This document shows positions 1 to 9,216 of a stretch of DNA of 13,235 nt, piece after piece. Position 1 is the first letter of the stretch. The number at the start of each line of letters is the position of its first letter. A program made the position numbers and the translations under genes. Source of the DNA: a bacterium (GTDB taxonomy: Bacteria; SAR324; NAC60-12); the NCBI GenBank assembly GCA_965233585.1, contig CBDDTI010000716.1, forward strand, positions 1 to 13,235, read 5' to 3'. Below the pieces are notes generated by a model, which made no database searches, was not told where the DNA came from, and worked only from the letters and a program-made list of their open reading frames with translations.

Positions 1-69
1 ATGAAACTCTGAGTTGCGATTAAATGTCTTGGACCAAATAATCCAGCTCTTCGATTATATAAGTATATA

Positions 70-132
70 TATACCTTACGATGTGTCCAAGTTTATCCTA
101 CGAAGAGTGCTCTACACCCACAAGTGGGGGAG
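70..132 (-). repeat. 3' terminal direct repeat (partial pseudo-LTR) of the Naiad-like PLE
   Basis: 63 bp, identical to 2567-2629. Confidence 0.95.
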
Positions 133-174
133 CATTACAATAGTTAAATGAATGGGACTATTCGTTTGACATTT

Positions 175-222
175 GCCTACAGGCCTGTTTCGTGGAGGCT
201 TTAGGCTTCCACTCTTCAGGGC
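175..222 (-). ncRNA. Minimal type I hammerhead ribozyme in the PLE 3' region
   Basis: Minus strand reads gcc-CUGAAGA-guggaagc cuaaa gccuccac-GAAA-caggccug-UA-ggc: 3-bp stem I, canonical core, stem II (7 of 8 pairs), palindromic stem III, GUA cleavage triplet (180-178). Confidence 0.9.
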
Positions 223-294
223 TTTTTATTAAACTGTGTGTTGCCTGCAGTATTTATAAAAGATCATCTTTCCACATACATGCGTACAAAAATT

Positions 295-390
295 CACGAG
301 GTCATTAGTGTAAGTGTCCACAAACTCGCTATCATAAGCGTTCACAAGATCGCTATCATAAGCATTTACAAAATCGTTCGTGCGTGGCGT
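295..390. repeat. Degenerate 24-bp tandem repeat (~4 units) in the PLE 3' UTR
   Basis: Units at 295-318, 319-342 (cacaaactcgctatcataagcgtt), 343-366 (cacaagatcgctatcataagcatt) and 367-390. The outer two are diverged. Confidence 0.75.
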
Positions 391-412
391 AACTTGAATG
401 CTTATTATCACA

Positions 413-2514
413 CTATCCGTTCTTTATAAGAAATTTTCTTGCGTGCCTACATGTGCTAATCAATTCTGATCTTTTGTTCAGGGATGCAAGGTCGTTGTAA
501 CAGATAATAAAGAACTTTTCTAAGTTACACAGATTGCATGTTTTTGTTATGTTCGTGTACGCTCTCGCCTTTCCCAGGATCTTCCATGTTACTTGATAGT
601 TAGCTCCTTCTTCCTTTAAATGCCATATGTGTTTACTCAGCTCGGTTTGGTTCCGTTGCTTTTCCTTGATAAATGATTGCTTGTGATTTGCGAGTCTGGC
701 TTTGAAAGTGGTGTCAGTAAGCCCTACGTATGTTTGTACTCTTTCGTTGTTGCCCGATGTGACGGTTGCTTGGTAAACAATACCCTTGGCTAGGCACTGA
801 TTATCTAAAGGGCACTCTGCCTTCTTATTACAATTGCACAGGTTCTGGCTGGGGTCCTCTGTGTTTGGCTTTATCAGATTCTTGTTGTGCGCGCTAATAA
901 TTGATTCCACGTTGGGCATGCAGCTGTATGACAGCTTAAGGGTGTTGCGATTGAATATGGTGTGCAGGACGTGACGCTTAGGGAAACATTCCCTCACGAT
1001 TTTCAGAAACTCTCTTCCTAGATTGGTTTTTACTCTGGCGTCAAATGGGGGGTTGAACCAGGTGATGTTTCTAGTTCGTTTTCGCCGTCTTTTATTTCTT
1101 CGATCTTTCGGGGCGAAGTGTAGCTTGTACTCGTAGCCACTTTTTTTCAGGGCCGCTTGGTATGGTGGAGCTGCATTGTTGAATTCCCTCTCATCGGATG
1201 ATATGTCTGACAGCCTTTGGTTTATGCTTTCTGGGATACGTTTCAGTATTTCGGGCGGGTGGTTACTCTTTGCGTGGACGTATAAGGGAGTGTTACCAGG
1301 TTTCATGTACGGTTGGGGTTTGCCGCTGTTGAGGTTCAGTGTCACGTCCAAATAATTGATTACTTTCTTGTTTGCTTCGATGATTATCTTCAATCCTTTC
1401 TCACTGAATACGGCACATATTTTCTTCTTTGCTGTTTCGACCATTTGTGGGGTGTCATGAGAGACAGCTAGACCATCATCTCTATACAGTCCAATATCGT
1501 TGCCGCAGATGGGTTTCAAATGTGTTAGCATGTAGACAACTATAAGTTCACATGTTTCGGCGCCATCGTACGAGCCCATGGTCACATCAAACAAGCCACC
1601 TTTCTTTACCCAAGGGGTTTCTCCGCTGTAAAGCAGGTTTTGTTTTGCTGCGTAATTATGCTTATTTCCTCTGGTGGAATGTTCGTGTAGTTCGCGGCGA
1701 ACTCGATCGCTTCGGCTAGGAGCTTTTCAGTGATGGATGGATAAAAGTCCACGATATCGAAGCATATGAATTGTGCTGTTTGCTTCTCCTTAATTCCGTT
1801 AAACCATTCCAGTACTGATTGCGTGTTTCTCCAAAGGTTGACCTTTGTCGCAGTAGCTACGTTTTTCACGATCTTTTGAAGAATTTGTTTACTAATGCGT
1901 CCGATTTCTGATTTCGTTGGGCTGATTAATCGGCATGTCGGGGAGTTGGTGAAGTTTGGCTTATGGTCTTTTAAGGTTATGAAAGCGTCGCGCTTGGCCA
2001 TTATGTCAATTCTATCTGAGAGGTCTAGCCTTTCGGAAATTTCCTTTGCTTCTTTATTGATCTTATCCTCTTGTGTTTTCTGTGCTTTCTTGTATGACTT
2101 TTGGATGTTTTTGTTCAGGAGTTCGTTGTACTGGCCAGGTTCCATTCTGTAATAATTGGTGGTCTTGTTGGCTTTAACTATGAGATGGTCGTCGCTATTG
2201 ATCTTCTTGATGTCTTTACTCAGTTCGCTTTGGAAGTCGTTTCTTCGTTGCTCGAACTCCACATTACTAATTAGCTCTGTCATTCTGCATTCGAAGCCTT
2301 TCAATTCCTCTATCACGGGCGGTGCGCGTCTCGAATTGAATCCGTACGTCTCCTTTCGATTTTGGTTCATTGATTCTGGGTGTAGGTACGCGTGGGCTCT
2401 CCATCGCATGCTGCGGATTAGTTTTTCTGTTTTCTCGATAAGCTTTACCAGGTAGTTCTTTTTCTTAGTGCAGGGGATGTTTTTTGTAGAGTAGTCGAAC
2501 GAAATCTTGTCCAT
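413..2514 (-). pseudogene. PLE reverse transcriptase / GIY-YIG endonuclease (~700 aa), broken by one 1-bp deletion at ~1648/1649
   Basis: ORFs 1606..2514 and 413..1594 join if one base is restored: IIT-x-AKQNLLYSGETPWVKKGGLFDVTMGSYDGAE. RT motifs FDIVDFYPSI, MGSYDG, YRDD, INYLD; linker CNCNKKAECPLDNQC; endonuclease GIVYQATV...TYVGLT...RLANH. Confidence 0.93.
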
Positions 2515-2566
2515 TACGAAGATGCGTTGGGAGAGTGCTCTACAGCCGACGAACGGCGGAGCTAAG

Positions 2567-2677
<111 letters not shown>

Positions 2678-2711
2678 ATTTACCTTTATTAATTTCTCGT
2701 AGGTTTTCTGC

Positions 2712-3345
2712 ATGCAAAATAAATTAACTTATGACATAGTATCGATTAATGTTAGGGGAATTAGAGAACAGGGTAAAAGGAGGAGCATTTTTTCGTATCT
2801 AAAAGACCAAAAATCTAAATTTTGCTTCCTACAAGAAACATATTCTGACCTGAATGATGAAAACATTTGGAGAAATGAATGGGGAGATGAAGGCACAGTA
2901 AAGGTGTTTGTATCTTAATTCATCCATCGGTGCGAGATAAGGTTGAACTCTTTTTCACTGACAAGCTGGGAAGAATTGTGTTAATTACTATCGTTATTAA
3001 TTCTTTAAAGTTGTCGCTTTGTAACATCTACGCCCCCAACAACCAGACTGAACAGCTAGAATTTTTACAAGAACTAAACAATTGTCTCATAGACAAAGCA
3101 GAACTGGCTACATTGATAGTATGTGGCGACTGGAACTGTACTCTCTCAAGGAGCGATAAAGTCGGTGGCAAACCTTGGAAAGCAACAAACTACAGCAATC
3201 TTGTCTTGACTACTATGGATATTTTTGACCTTATAGATATTCAAAGAGTAAAACACCCAAAGCTACGCAAATAGTCATATGAATCAAAAGCTCTAAAAGT
3301 GAAACCAAGAATTGATTTTTTTTGGGTTTGCCAAAGGCCTAGAAC
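2712..3345 (+). pseudogene. L1/Tx1-type LINE ORF2, APE endonuclease N-terminal part (decayed)
   Basis: APE motifs SINVRGI, FLQETY, HSKGVCIL (after a frameshifting deletion at ~2890), GRIV, NIYAPN, GDWN, RIDFF. Stop at 3272-3274 and frameshift at ~3328. Confidence 0.9.
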
Positions 3346-3358
3346 TAAAGCCGAGGAG

Positions 3359-3490
<132 letters not shown>

Positions 3491-3957
3491 ACCTCAGCAT
3501 TCGGACTTCACACTTCAGACTTCCCAGTGAGACCTCGAATTTAGACTTCATACTTGACACATAGACTCTATTTCGGACCTCCATCTTATTTCCTTACTTT
3601 GAAACCGAACCAAATTTAATCTGGACTTAAGGTTTCAACCAGACTTGTGCAACTATGTTTCGGTAAGTTATATTAGGCTATTGCATTGCGGGAATCCAAC
3701 TAGTACTGTCTTAAGCTGAACAGTTACAAAGTTTTGGCACGAAAATAGTTACGAGCATTTGTTTGCTTACACAGGTTGCTACATTTACTCGTCCTTTTAA
3801 ATGCGGTTTGCATTTCTTCGTGTGTTCTACCAGCTTACACACCTGCGTTAAACAAAGACAGAGGTTTGGATAGAGCGCATCTAATAAGAAAATACTTGTA
3901 AATTTACAAAATACAGTAAAATTTACTGCGATGATCATCCTTTACTTTCATCTATAA

Positions 3958-5154
3958 CCGCAGTACAGATATGAATTATTTCATATAAACTTCACAAGAA
4001 AATACTTCTTACAAGATTTCAGTAACATTGAAATAGTCGGGTTTATCGCGTTACAACATGGGATAACAATGTCCGTGCGTACAGTGAAACGAATTCTTAA
4101 TCGAGTGAGATTAAGACGAGCCTGTCTTGGCAACGAATCACCTCTCGAGGATATAGTCAGTGCTATCCTGGAGGAGTTAGAAAACTCTTGTGGTTCCTTT
4201 GCTGGATATCGTCAACTGACAAGGCGACTAAGACGAAAATATAATCTGATAGTGAGAAGGGATACGATTATGAAATCTCTTCGTGTTATAGATCCTAAAG
4301 GAGTAGAGCGCCGTAAAAGACGCAGGCTAAAGAGACGAAGGTACGTCACTCCAGGTCCTAACTTTCTTTGGCACGTTGATGGATGGGATAAACTTGCTCC
4401 CTTTGGAATTTTTGTTCATGGTGCAATAGATGGATTTTCTAGGAGGATTCTGTGGCTAGAGGTGAACTCTACGAACAAGAATCCCAGTGTTATTGCCTCT
4501 CACTACCTCAATACAGTTCAACAGCTTGAAGGGGGGGGGGGGGGGGGGGGGGCGGTTCCCAGGAGGATGCGCTGCGACAGGGGAACGGAGAATACAATTA
4601 TTGGCACCCTTCAACAGTTTTTTCGATGGCATGGTAACGACGAGTTTGCAGGTAGTGGTAGTTTTGTCGAAGGTAAAAGCAGTGCAAACCAGCGTATAGA
4701 GGCCTGGTTGTCAAAACTCCGCGACGGAGGAGGAGGGTGGTGGATAAATACTTTTAAAGGTCTACGCGATTCAGGTGTTTACAGAGACGATTATCTCGCC
4801 AAGGAGTTGCCTGAAATTTTGTTTCTTACCAATAATACGACGTGAGCTACAACTCGTGGTAGAGCTGTGGAATACACACAATATTCAGCGACAAAAGCGA
4901 TGTAGAGGGTGGTAAACCAGATGTCATGTATTTTACACCTCCATGAGATGTACGGAACACAGAGCTACTTAAAAGAAGTCGATATCGATGATGTAAAGGC
5001 ATGCAAAGAAATGTACACCGAAAATTGTGTCGACTTCCATGAGGATGTAGAGGAATTAGTGCGATTAGTTAAGCCTGATTATGTTGCTCCCTCGAATGAG
5101 TACGAGGCTGTTAAACTGTTTTCCGAGATAACAGGCGTTTTAAAAAACTACTAA
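3958..5154 (+). pseudogene. Integrase-core (rve-like, IS3/IS481-type) DDE transposase with N-terminal HTH-like region, frameshifted
   Basis: The frame is open from 3958 (KYFLQDFSNIEIVGFIALQHGITMSVRTVKRIL). Core GPNFLWHVDGWDKL...HGAIDGFSRRILWL...RCDRGTEN...NQRIE gives a putative D-D-E triad. The C-terminus (CLKFCFLPIIRRELQLVVELWNTH; EGGKPDVMYFTP; EMYGTQSYL...KNY*) needs frameshifts at ~4807, ~4901 and ~4941. The true start is not identified. Confidence 0.88.
4531..4552 (+). repeat. G22 homopolymer inside the transposase core
   Basis: 22 consecutive G; reading frame preserved (QLEGGGGGGGAVPRR). Confidence 0.9.
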
Positions 5155-6001
5155 AACTTGGAAACTGCATTGTTATAACGCTGCCATTTGTGCAGAACCT
5201 AAACTACATTGTTATCAGTGTTATCCATTTAACAATTCATTACGAAGATTAAACGTAAGACGGGAAAGAGTAGGACCCGTTTCTGTCGTTACCCGCTTTA
5301 ACTAAGTTCTACTATGATGTTTATACTCCTCAGCCGACCAAGCTTCTGTTAATCCATGTGTTGCTTTTTGGTAAATCATATGATCCTTACGAGTCTCTTA
5401 CGAGAAAAGAGCACAGGTGTCGAACGTCAATGTTACATATTTTCATCTTTTTTATTAAACTTTTTGTTTAATTGCACAAATAATTGTACTTGTCAGGTGG
5501 CATAGAGATAACAATGATGGTTAGAACTCGAAGGGCACAGCCTAGCAAAAATTTGTTAAGTGCCGTGTCTGGTCATCTTTGCTCAGCCCACTAATTCAAA
5601 CTTTAATAAGTGTTGTGCACAGTTAACGTCGTGATTTTCACGTTTTGGCAATAAAGAAAGTGAAGACTATCTAAGTCAAGTGCTATTTGGTAAAGTGCCC
5701 CAAGGACTTCTAACCATGGTTGTAGTCTTTGCATTCGACACCACGTTTGCTGCATTAGCTAATACTTAAAACAGTAACGTACAAACTTGCAAACGTTACC
5801 CCGACTTGAGAGGAGCTGAAACACAATCATATTTATACTCAACAAGTTTGTAGGTCGATAAAACCTAGAAAAAAAATTAACGTTACGTTTATGATTATTA
5901 ACCGTGATGATAATGGATTCAAAGTAATAGTTCGAAGAGTAACAAAACACTATTGTAAAAAAATGTACTTAATTTGACAATAAAAACCCGGATTCGAGAT
6001 A

Positions 6002-6266
6002 CCGTATTTACTTGATTAAACGCCGGGCTTCGAATAAACGCCCGGTCTCCAAGGTGAAATCATAAATCATAATGCCCTGAAGTATTTATTGGACGTATAA
6101 TGTACTGCAGATATAACGGAACGATTTATTTCTGTAAAAATTAAGGAAGAAAATCCATTGCTTCATGGATAAAGAGCTCAAGCAAGCTTCGGATTTGAAA
6201 TAAACGCCGGTTCAACGATGCCAAGTTTAAAATAAACGCCGGGGGCGTTTAATCGAGTAAATACGG
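6002..6266. mobile_element. Tc1/mariner (pogo/Tigger-like) MITE, 265 bp
   Basis: 23-bp TIRs CCGTATTTACT(T/C)GATTAAACGCC (6002-6024, 6244-6266; one mismatch), TA duplicated at 6000-6001 and 6267-6268, repeated internal TAAACGCC motifs. Confidence 0.9.
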
Positions 6267-6422
6267 TATATCGAATATCCATAAATCTAAGAACGCAAAC
6301 CATTACGTGAGTAATGTAAATGGCACAATGCCCTGTGATTAAAATTTACTTAATGCTTATTAAGCTTGCGTCTTTTCTTTGCTTGCAAACTAAAACTGTC
6401 CGACGTTTTATTATTGTCATAA

Positions 6423-6595
6423 AGCCGTTTCCACACGAGAAAATATTCCATGATAAGTTTCTAATTGACGATGTTTAAAAAATGACTGTGAAAAATGGGG
6501 AAATTTGCTCATATTCCCCTGCTGACCAGTAATTCAAGTAAAAATTGTCCACAAATTATGAAATAAAAACTTATCAAGTGACACATTCCCCTGTT
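6423..6595. mobile_element. Possible highly degenerate MITE remnant
   Basis: Inverted 10-mer TGATAAGTTT (6451-6460) / AAACTTATCA (6567-6576) with weak similarity extending outward; no clean TSD. Confidence 0.3.
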
Positions 6596-6762
6596 AAGCC
6601 GATTCAGGATCGGATCTACTAAGTCTGGAGATTTGTGTCTTTTTTTTTCATAGCCGGTCCCGGGCTCTTATCCATTATATTGCAACTACAACAACAACGC
6701 TAAAGAATAACTTTTAGTACACATTTGTGTAGGTTTTAGCAATGAACAAATTGAGACCCCTG

Positions 6763-6791
6763 TGACGTCAAAATTCGTTGCCATGGCAACG
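6763..6791. promoter_or_regulatory. CRE (TGACGTCA) next to a perfect RFX X-box palindrome (cGTTGCCATGGCAACg)
   Basis: TGACGTCA at 6763-6770 and a 16-bp perfect palindrome at 6776-6791. Motif match only; probably TE-borne. Confidence 0.4.
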
Positions 6792-6811
6792 TCAAAAGAG
6801 GTCAAAGATAC

Positions 6812-7222
6812 TCTACTTTTGACCTTTTTAGGCTTATAACTAAAAAACTACTCGGTGAAATTTAAAGCAGTTGTTTTAAATTTCAACGGTTACTTTTGAA
6901 AATTTATGTAGAGTACATACGAAACGTCATGTTTTATTAATCTGTTCTTTATATATTTTACTTGGTGAAAGTTTTTGTTTTGAATATATTTTTGTTTAAT
7001 CTTCATACTAAACATTTCTGCAATTTTTAACAAAATTCTGTCAATAGGGTTCAGAGCTACCTCATTTTTTCATAAATTTAAGGTGGCTCTGAACCATATT
7101 GACAGATTTTCTTCAAAATTTGTGAAAATGTTTCTTTTGTCAGGTAAACAAAAATATATCAAAATCAAAAACTTTCACCGAGTAATTTTTAAGTTATTAG
7201 CCTGAAAAGTTCAAAAATAGAC
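6812..7222. repeat. Diverged inverted pair of one non-autonomous DNA transposon end (TTAA|GG terminus, Kolobok-like)
   Basis: 6812-6860 plus 6971-7061 is the approximate reverse complement of 7082-7222 (e.g. tctgtcaatagggttcagagctacc vs ggtggctctgaaccatattgacaga). TTAA at 7078-7081 precedes GGTGGCTC; 20-bp spacer. Superfamily call is tentative. Confidence 0.7.
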
Positions 7223-7319
7223 GAAGTCGGAAGTCGGAAGTCGGAGGTCGGAAGTCGGAAGTCAGAAGTCAGAAGTCGGAAGTCGGAAGTCGGAAGTCGG
7301 AAGTCGGAAGTCGGAAGTC
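7222..7319 (-). repeat. Right subterminal array: ~14 x GGAAGTC (GACTTCC on - strand)
   Basis: Counted directly; variants cGAAGTC, GGAGGTC and AGAAGTC x2. Inverted relative to the left array. Confidence 0.95.
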
Positions 7320-7341
7320 AATCCTCGGCTTTCGTAGTGCG

Positions 7342-7729
7342 AGAACAATATGTAAAGAAAAGTGAAATTTATTCGTCAATAGCACCTGACCACAAAGCAA
7401 TTTACATTTCAATGTCGTGGACTAACCCAACACCCAGGGGGCCCGGACTTTAAAAGTTTAACAACTCTCTCTTGAATGATGAAGAATATGTCAACAAAAT
7501 CCTTGAAACATACGCACAAACTTGCATTTATTACTCTGATTCAGTAAGCAAACGGCTCTTTTGGGAAATGCTTAAGATGGAAATTAGAGTAGCAACCATT
7601 TCTTTTAGTAAAAATATCGCTACATCAACCCACCGTAGAGAGATGGAAATTAGGCGCCAACTAGATGTGTTGGACGACATCATCTGTAACAACTTTCACT
7701 CCTCTGAAATCGATCTGGTTTTAAAAGAA
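7342..7729 (+). pseudogene. L1/Tx1-type LINE ORF2 continuation (end of APE domain and linker), truncated by a PLE 3' end
   Basis: EQYVKKSEIYSSIAPDHKAIYISMSWTNPTPRGPGL*KFNNSLLNDEEY...WEMLKMEIR: PDH catalytic motif, the GxWKFNxSLL motif (W mutated to TAA at 7451-7453) and the WE-x-LK-x-x-IR motif. Confidence 0.9.
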
Positions 7730-7847
7730 TAAAGGGGGTAAGTTTCTTAAGAAACTGTGGTGCTGCGTTGGTGGGAGTATTACAAGATAATTTGGTTTTA
7801 TCAACTGAGTTGACAATGTAAATTAGCCACCGTAAAGAGATTCGAAA

Positions 7848-7881
7848 GCTGACGTTTCGAGCGTTAGCCCTTCATCGGAGC
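7848..7881 (-). ncRNA. Minimal hammerhead ribozyme, core variant CCGAUGA (U4C)
   Basis: Minus strand: gcu-CCGAUGA-a-gggc uaac gcuc-GAAA-cg-UC-agc; 3-bp stem I, ACGU palindromic stem III, GUC triplet. Confidence 0.8.
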
Positions 7882-7976
7882 GAATCGAGGAATTGTGGGT
7901 TGTGTGTGGTTTATATACAGAAGGAGGAGCTACGCTATTGGCTGGTGCCTAGTAACGTGAAAAACAACAGAATAAA

Positions 7977-8327
7977 TTAGTTGAATGAAAAGCGTTCATT
8001 GATACCGTGAGGATTAAGAGTGCCGATTTGAAAAATAAATTTTTGTTCTAGAGTTTTACGGCTTTCAGTGCTTCCTTGATGTAGGGAAAGGCCGCAGACT
8101 ACCATATGTTGTTTAGAATGATTGGACAGATTGAAGTGTCTGGCGACCGGTTTAGATGCGTTTTTGTTGTCTTTCTCTACGTCGCGAAGTTGTTCTCGGA
8201 ATCTGTCGCCTAGTCGTCTCCCTGTTTCGCCGATGTATAATTTTTTGCAAAGAGTGCAAGTTGTACAGTAGATGACATTGGTTGAGGTACAAGTAAAATG
8301 ATCAGTGATCTTAATGGATCGCTTTGG
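7977..8327 (-). pseudogene. PLE GIY-YIG endonuclease domain (5'-truncated)
   Basis: FTCTSTNVIYCTTCTLCKKLYIGETGRRLGDRFREQ...VARHF...EQKFIFQIGTLNPHGIN; stop at 7977-7979. Confidence 0.9.
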
Positions 8328-8944
8328 TTCTGTAAACAAAGAAATCTTTTCCACATTGTACAAGGCTCTTGTGAGACCAATCCTCGAGTACGCTTCCCCT
8401 GCATGGTGCCCTTACTTGTTAAGAATATTGTTCTCTTAGAGAAAGTTCAGAGAAGAGCTTCCCGATTGACCTTAGGTCAGCGAAGGGGAGAGATGTCATA
8501 TGAAGATCGCTGTAAATTGTTGCGTTGGTCGCAGTTGACTGATAGAAGACTATATTTTTCTTTGATTGAATGCTATAAACTCGCATTTGGATTGAATAGT
8601 CTTAGTTTTCGTGACTTTGTTGAGTTCGCTTCAAAACGTACCAGGTCCAATCATAACTACAAACTACAAGTTAAATCTGCGAACTGTGATTGTTATAAAT
8701 ACTCATTCTTTGTTAAAATTATTCATGAATGGAATGACCTGCCTGCCAATGTTGTTGAGGTAGGAAATTTGAGACGTTTTAAAATAGCTCTTAAGCCATA
8801 CATGTGTATTTCTTAGGTTTTTTTTATCCATCTTATAGTCTACTTATAAAAATACATTTTTGACTTTTATTTCGGAAGTTTATTCACATAGGGTCAACCT
8901 CTTAAACTTCCTTTTTAGGGTATTATTTGTAGTTATTTGTTTAC
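8326..8944 (+). mobile_element. 3' fragment of a CR1/L2-group LINE (RT C-terminus to 8816, then 3' UTR)
   Basis: GSVNKEIFSTLYKALVRPILEYASPAWCPY, 1-bp deletion at ~8417, then VKNIVLLEKVQRRASR...RTRSNH...KYSFFVKIIHEWNDLP. The LVRPxLEY, LEKVQRRA and SFF-x-x-x-x-x-x-WNxLP motifs are typical of this group. Confidence 0.88.
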
Positions 8945-9216
8945 ATATACATATACAGGCGAAAACTAACGATAGAAAAGTCCGACGTTTCGGCGACATC
9001 TTGGCGCCATTGTCAAAAATGCGATTACAAGAGTAACTAAGAGTCTAGCGTCATTAATTTGCATAAGTTAAACAAAGACCTTGGCGCGAATTGAGTCTGA
9101 TTGTACATTTAGGCACGGTCGTAATTGTTTAATGAGTAACATCTCATTAACGAGACAATCAAACTTGTTCTGGCATTTTTTCAACACCTTAAAACAACTG
9201 TGAAGGTCATCCGGAA
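8945..9216 (-). repeat. Native 3' end (left pseudo-LTR arm), 272 bp
   Basis: Reverse complement of 10878-11164, apart from a 15-bp deletion and a substitution in HHR stem II. Confidence 0.93.
8982..9016 (-). ncRNA. Damaged HHR copy (5' strand of stem I deleted)
   Basis: UUGACAA-u-ggcgccaagaugucgcc-GAAA-cg-UC-gg is retained, but a 15-nt deletion relative to the right arm removes the upstream cc of stem I. Confidence 0.65.

Larger units (their letters stand above)
7730..8330 (-). mobile_element. 3'-terminal fragment of a Neptune-like PLE (GIY-YIG, 3' UTR, HHR)
   Basis: GIY-YIG coding sequence followed on the - strand by an HHR and a terminus ...gaaacttacccccttta that cuts the LINE frame at ~7730. 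The 5' junction is uncertain within 8326-8360. Confidence 0.85.

Noticed and set aside
229..429. Small ORFs 229..411 and 238..429
   Set aside because: Their periodicity comes from the 24-bp UTR repeat; no protein features.
1600..1655. Programmed ribosomal frameshift between the two PLE ORFs
   Set aside because: The break falls inside the RT core of a normally single-ORF element, so a 1-bp deletion or sequencing error is simpler. A nearby A-rich run was noted but is not persuasive.
413..2514. Selenoprotein-encoding Naiad (in-frame UGA plus SECIS)
   Set aside because: The reconstructed ORF has no in-frame UGA, the Cys motifs use Cys codons, and I saw no convincing SECIS in the 3' UTR.
3711..3938. 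Possible second transposon gene (also 5759..5950)
   Set aside because: Short, with no recognisable motifs, in AT-rich sequence. A decayed accessory gene cannot be excluded without a search.
4069..4845. Bacterial IS contamination or LTR-retrotransposon integrase
   Set aside because: It is embedded with a TSD in a eukaryotic LINE, and there is no gag, protease, RT/RNase H or LTR around it.
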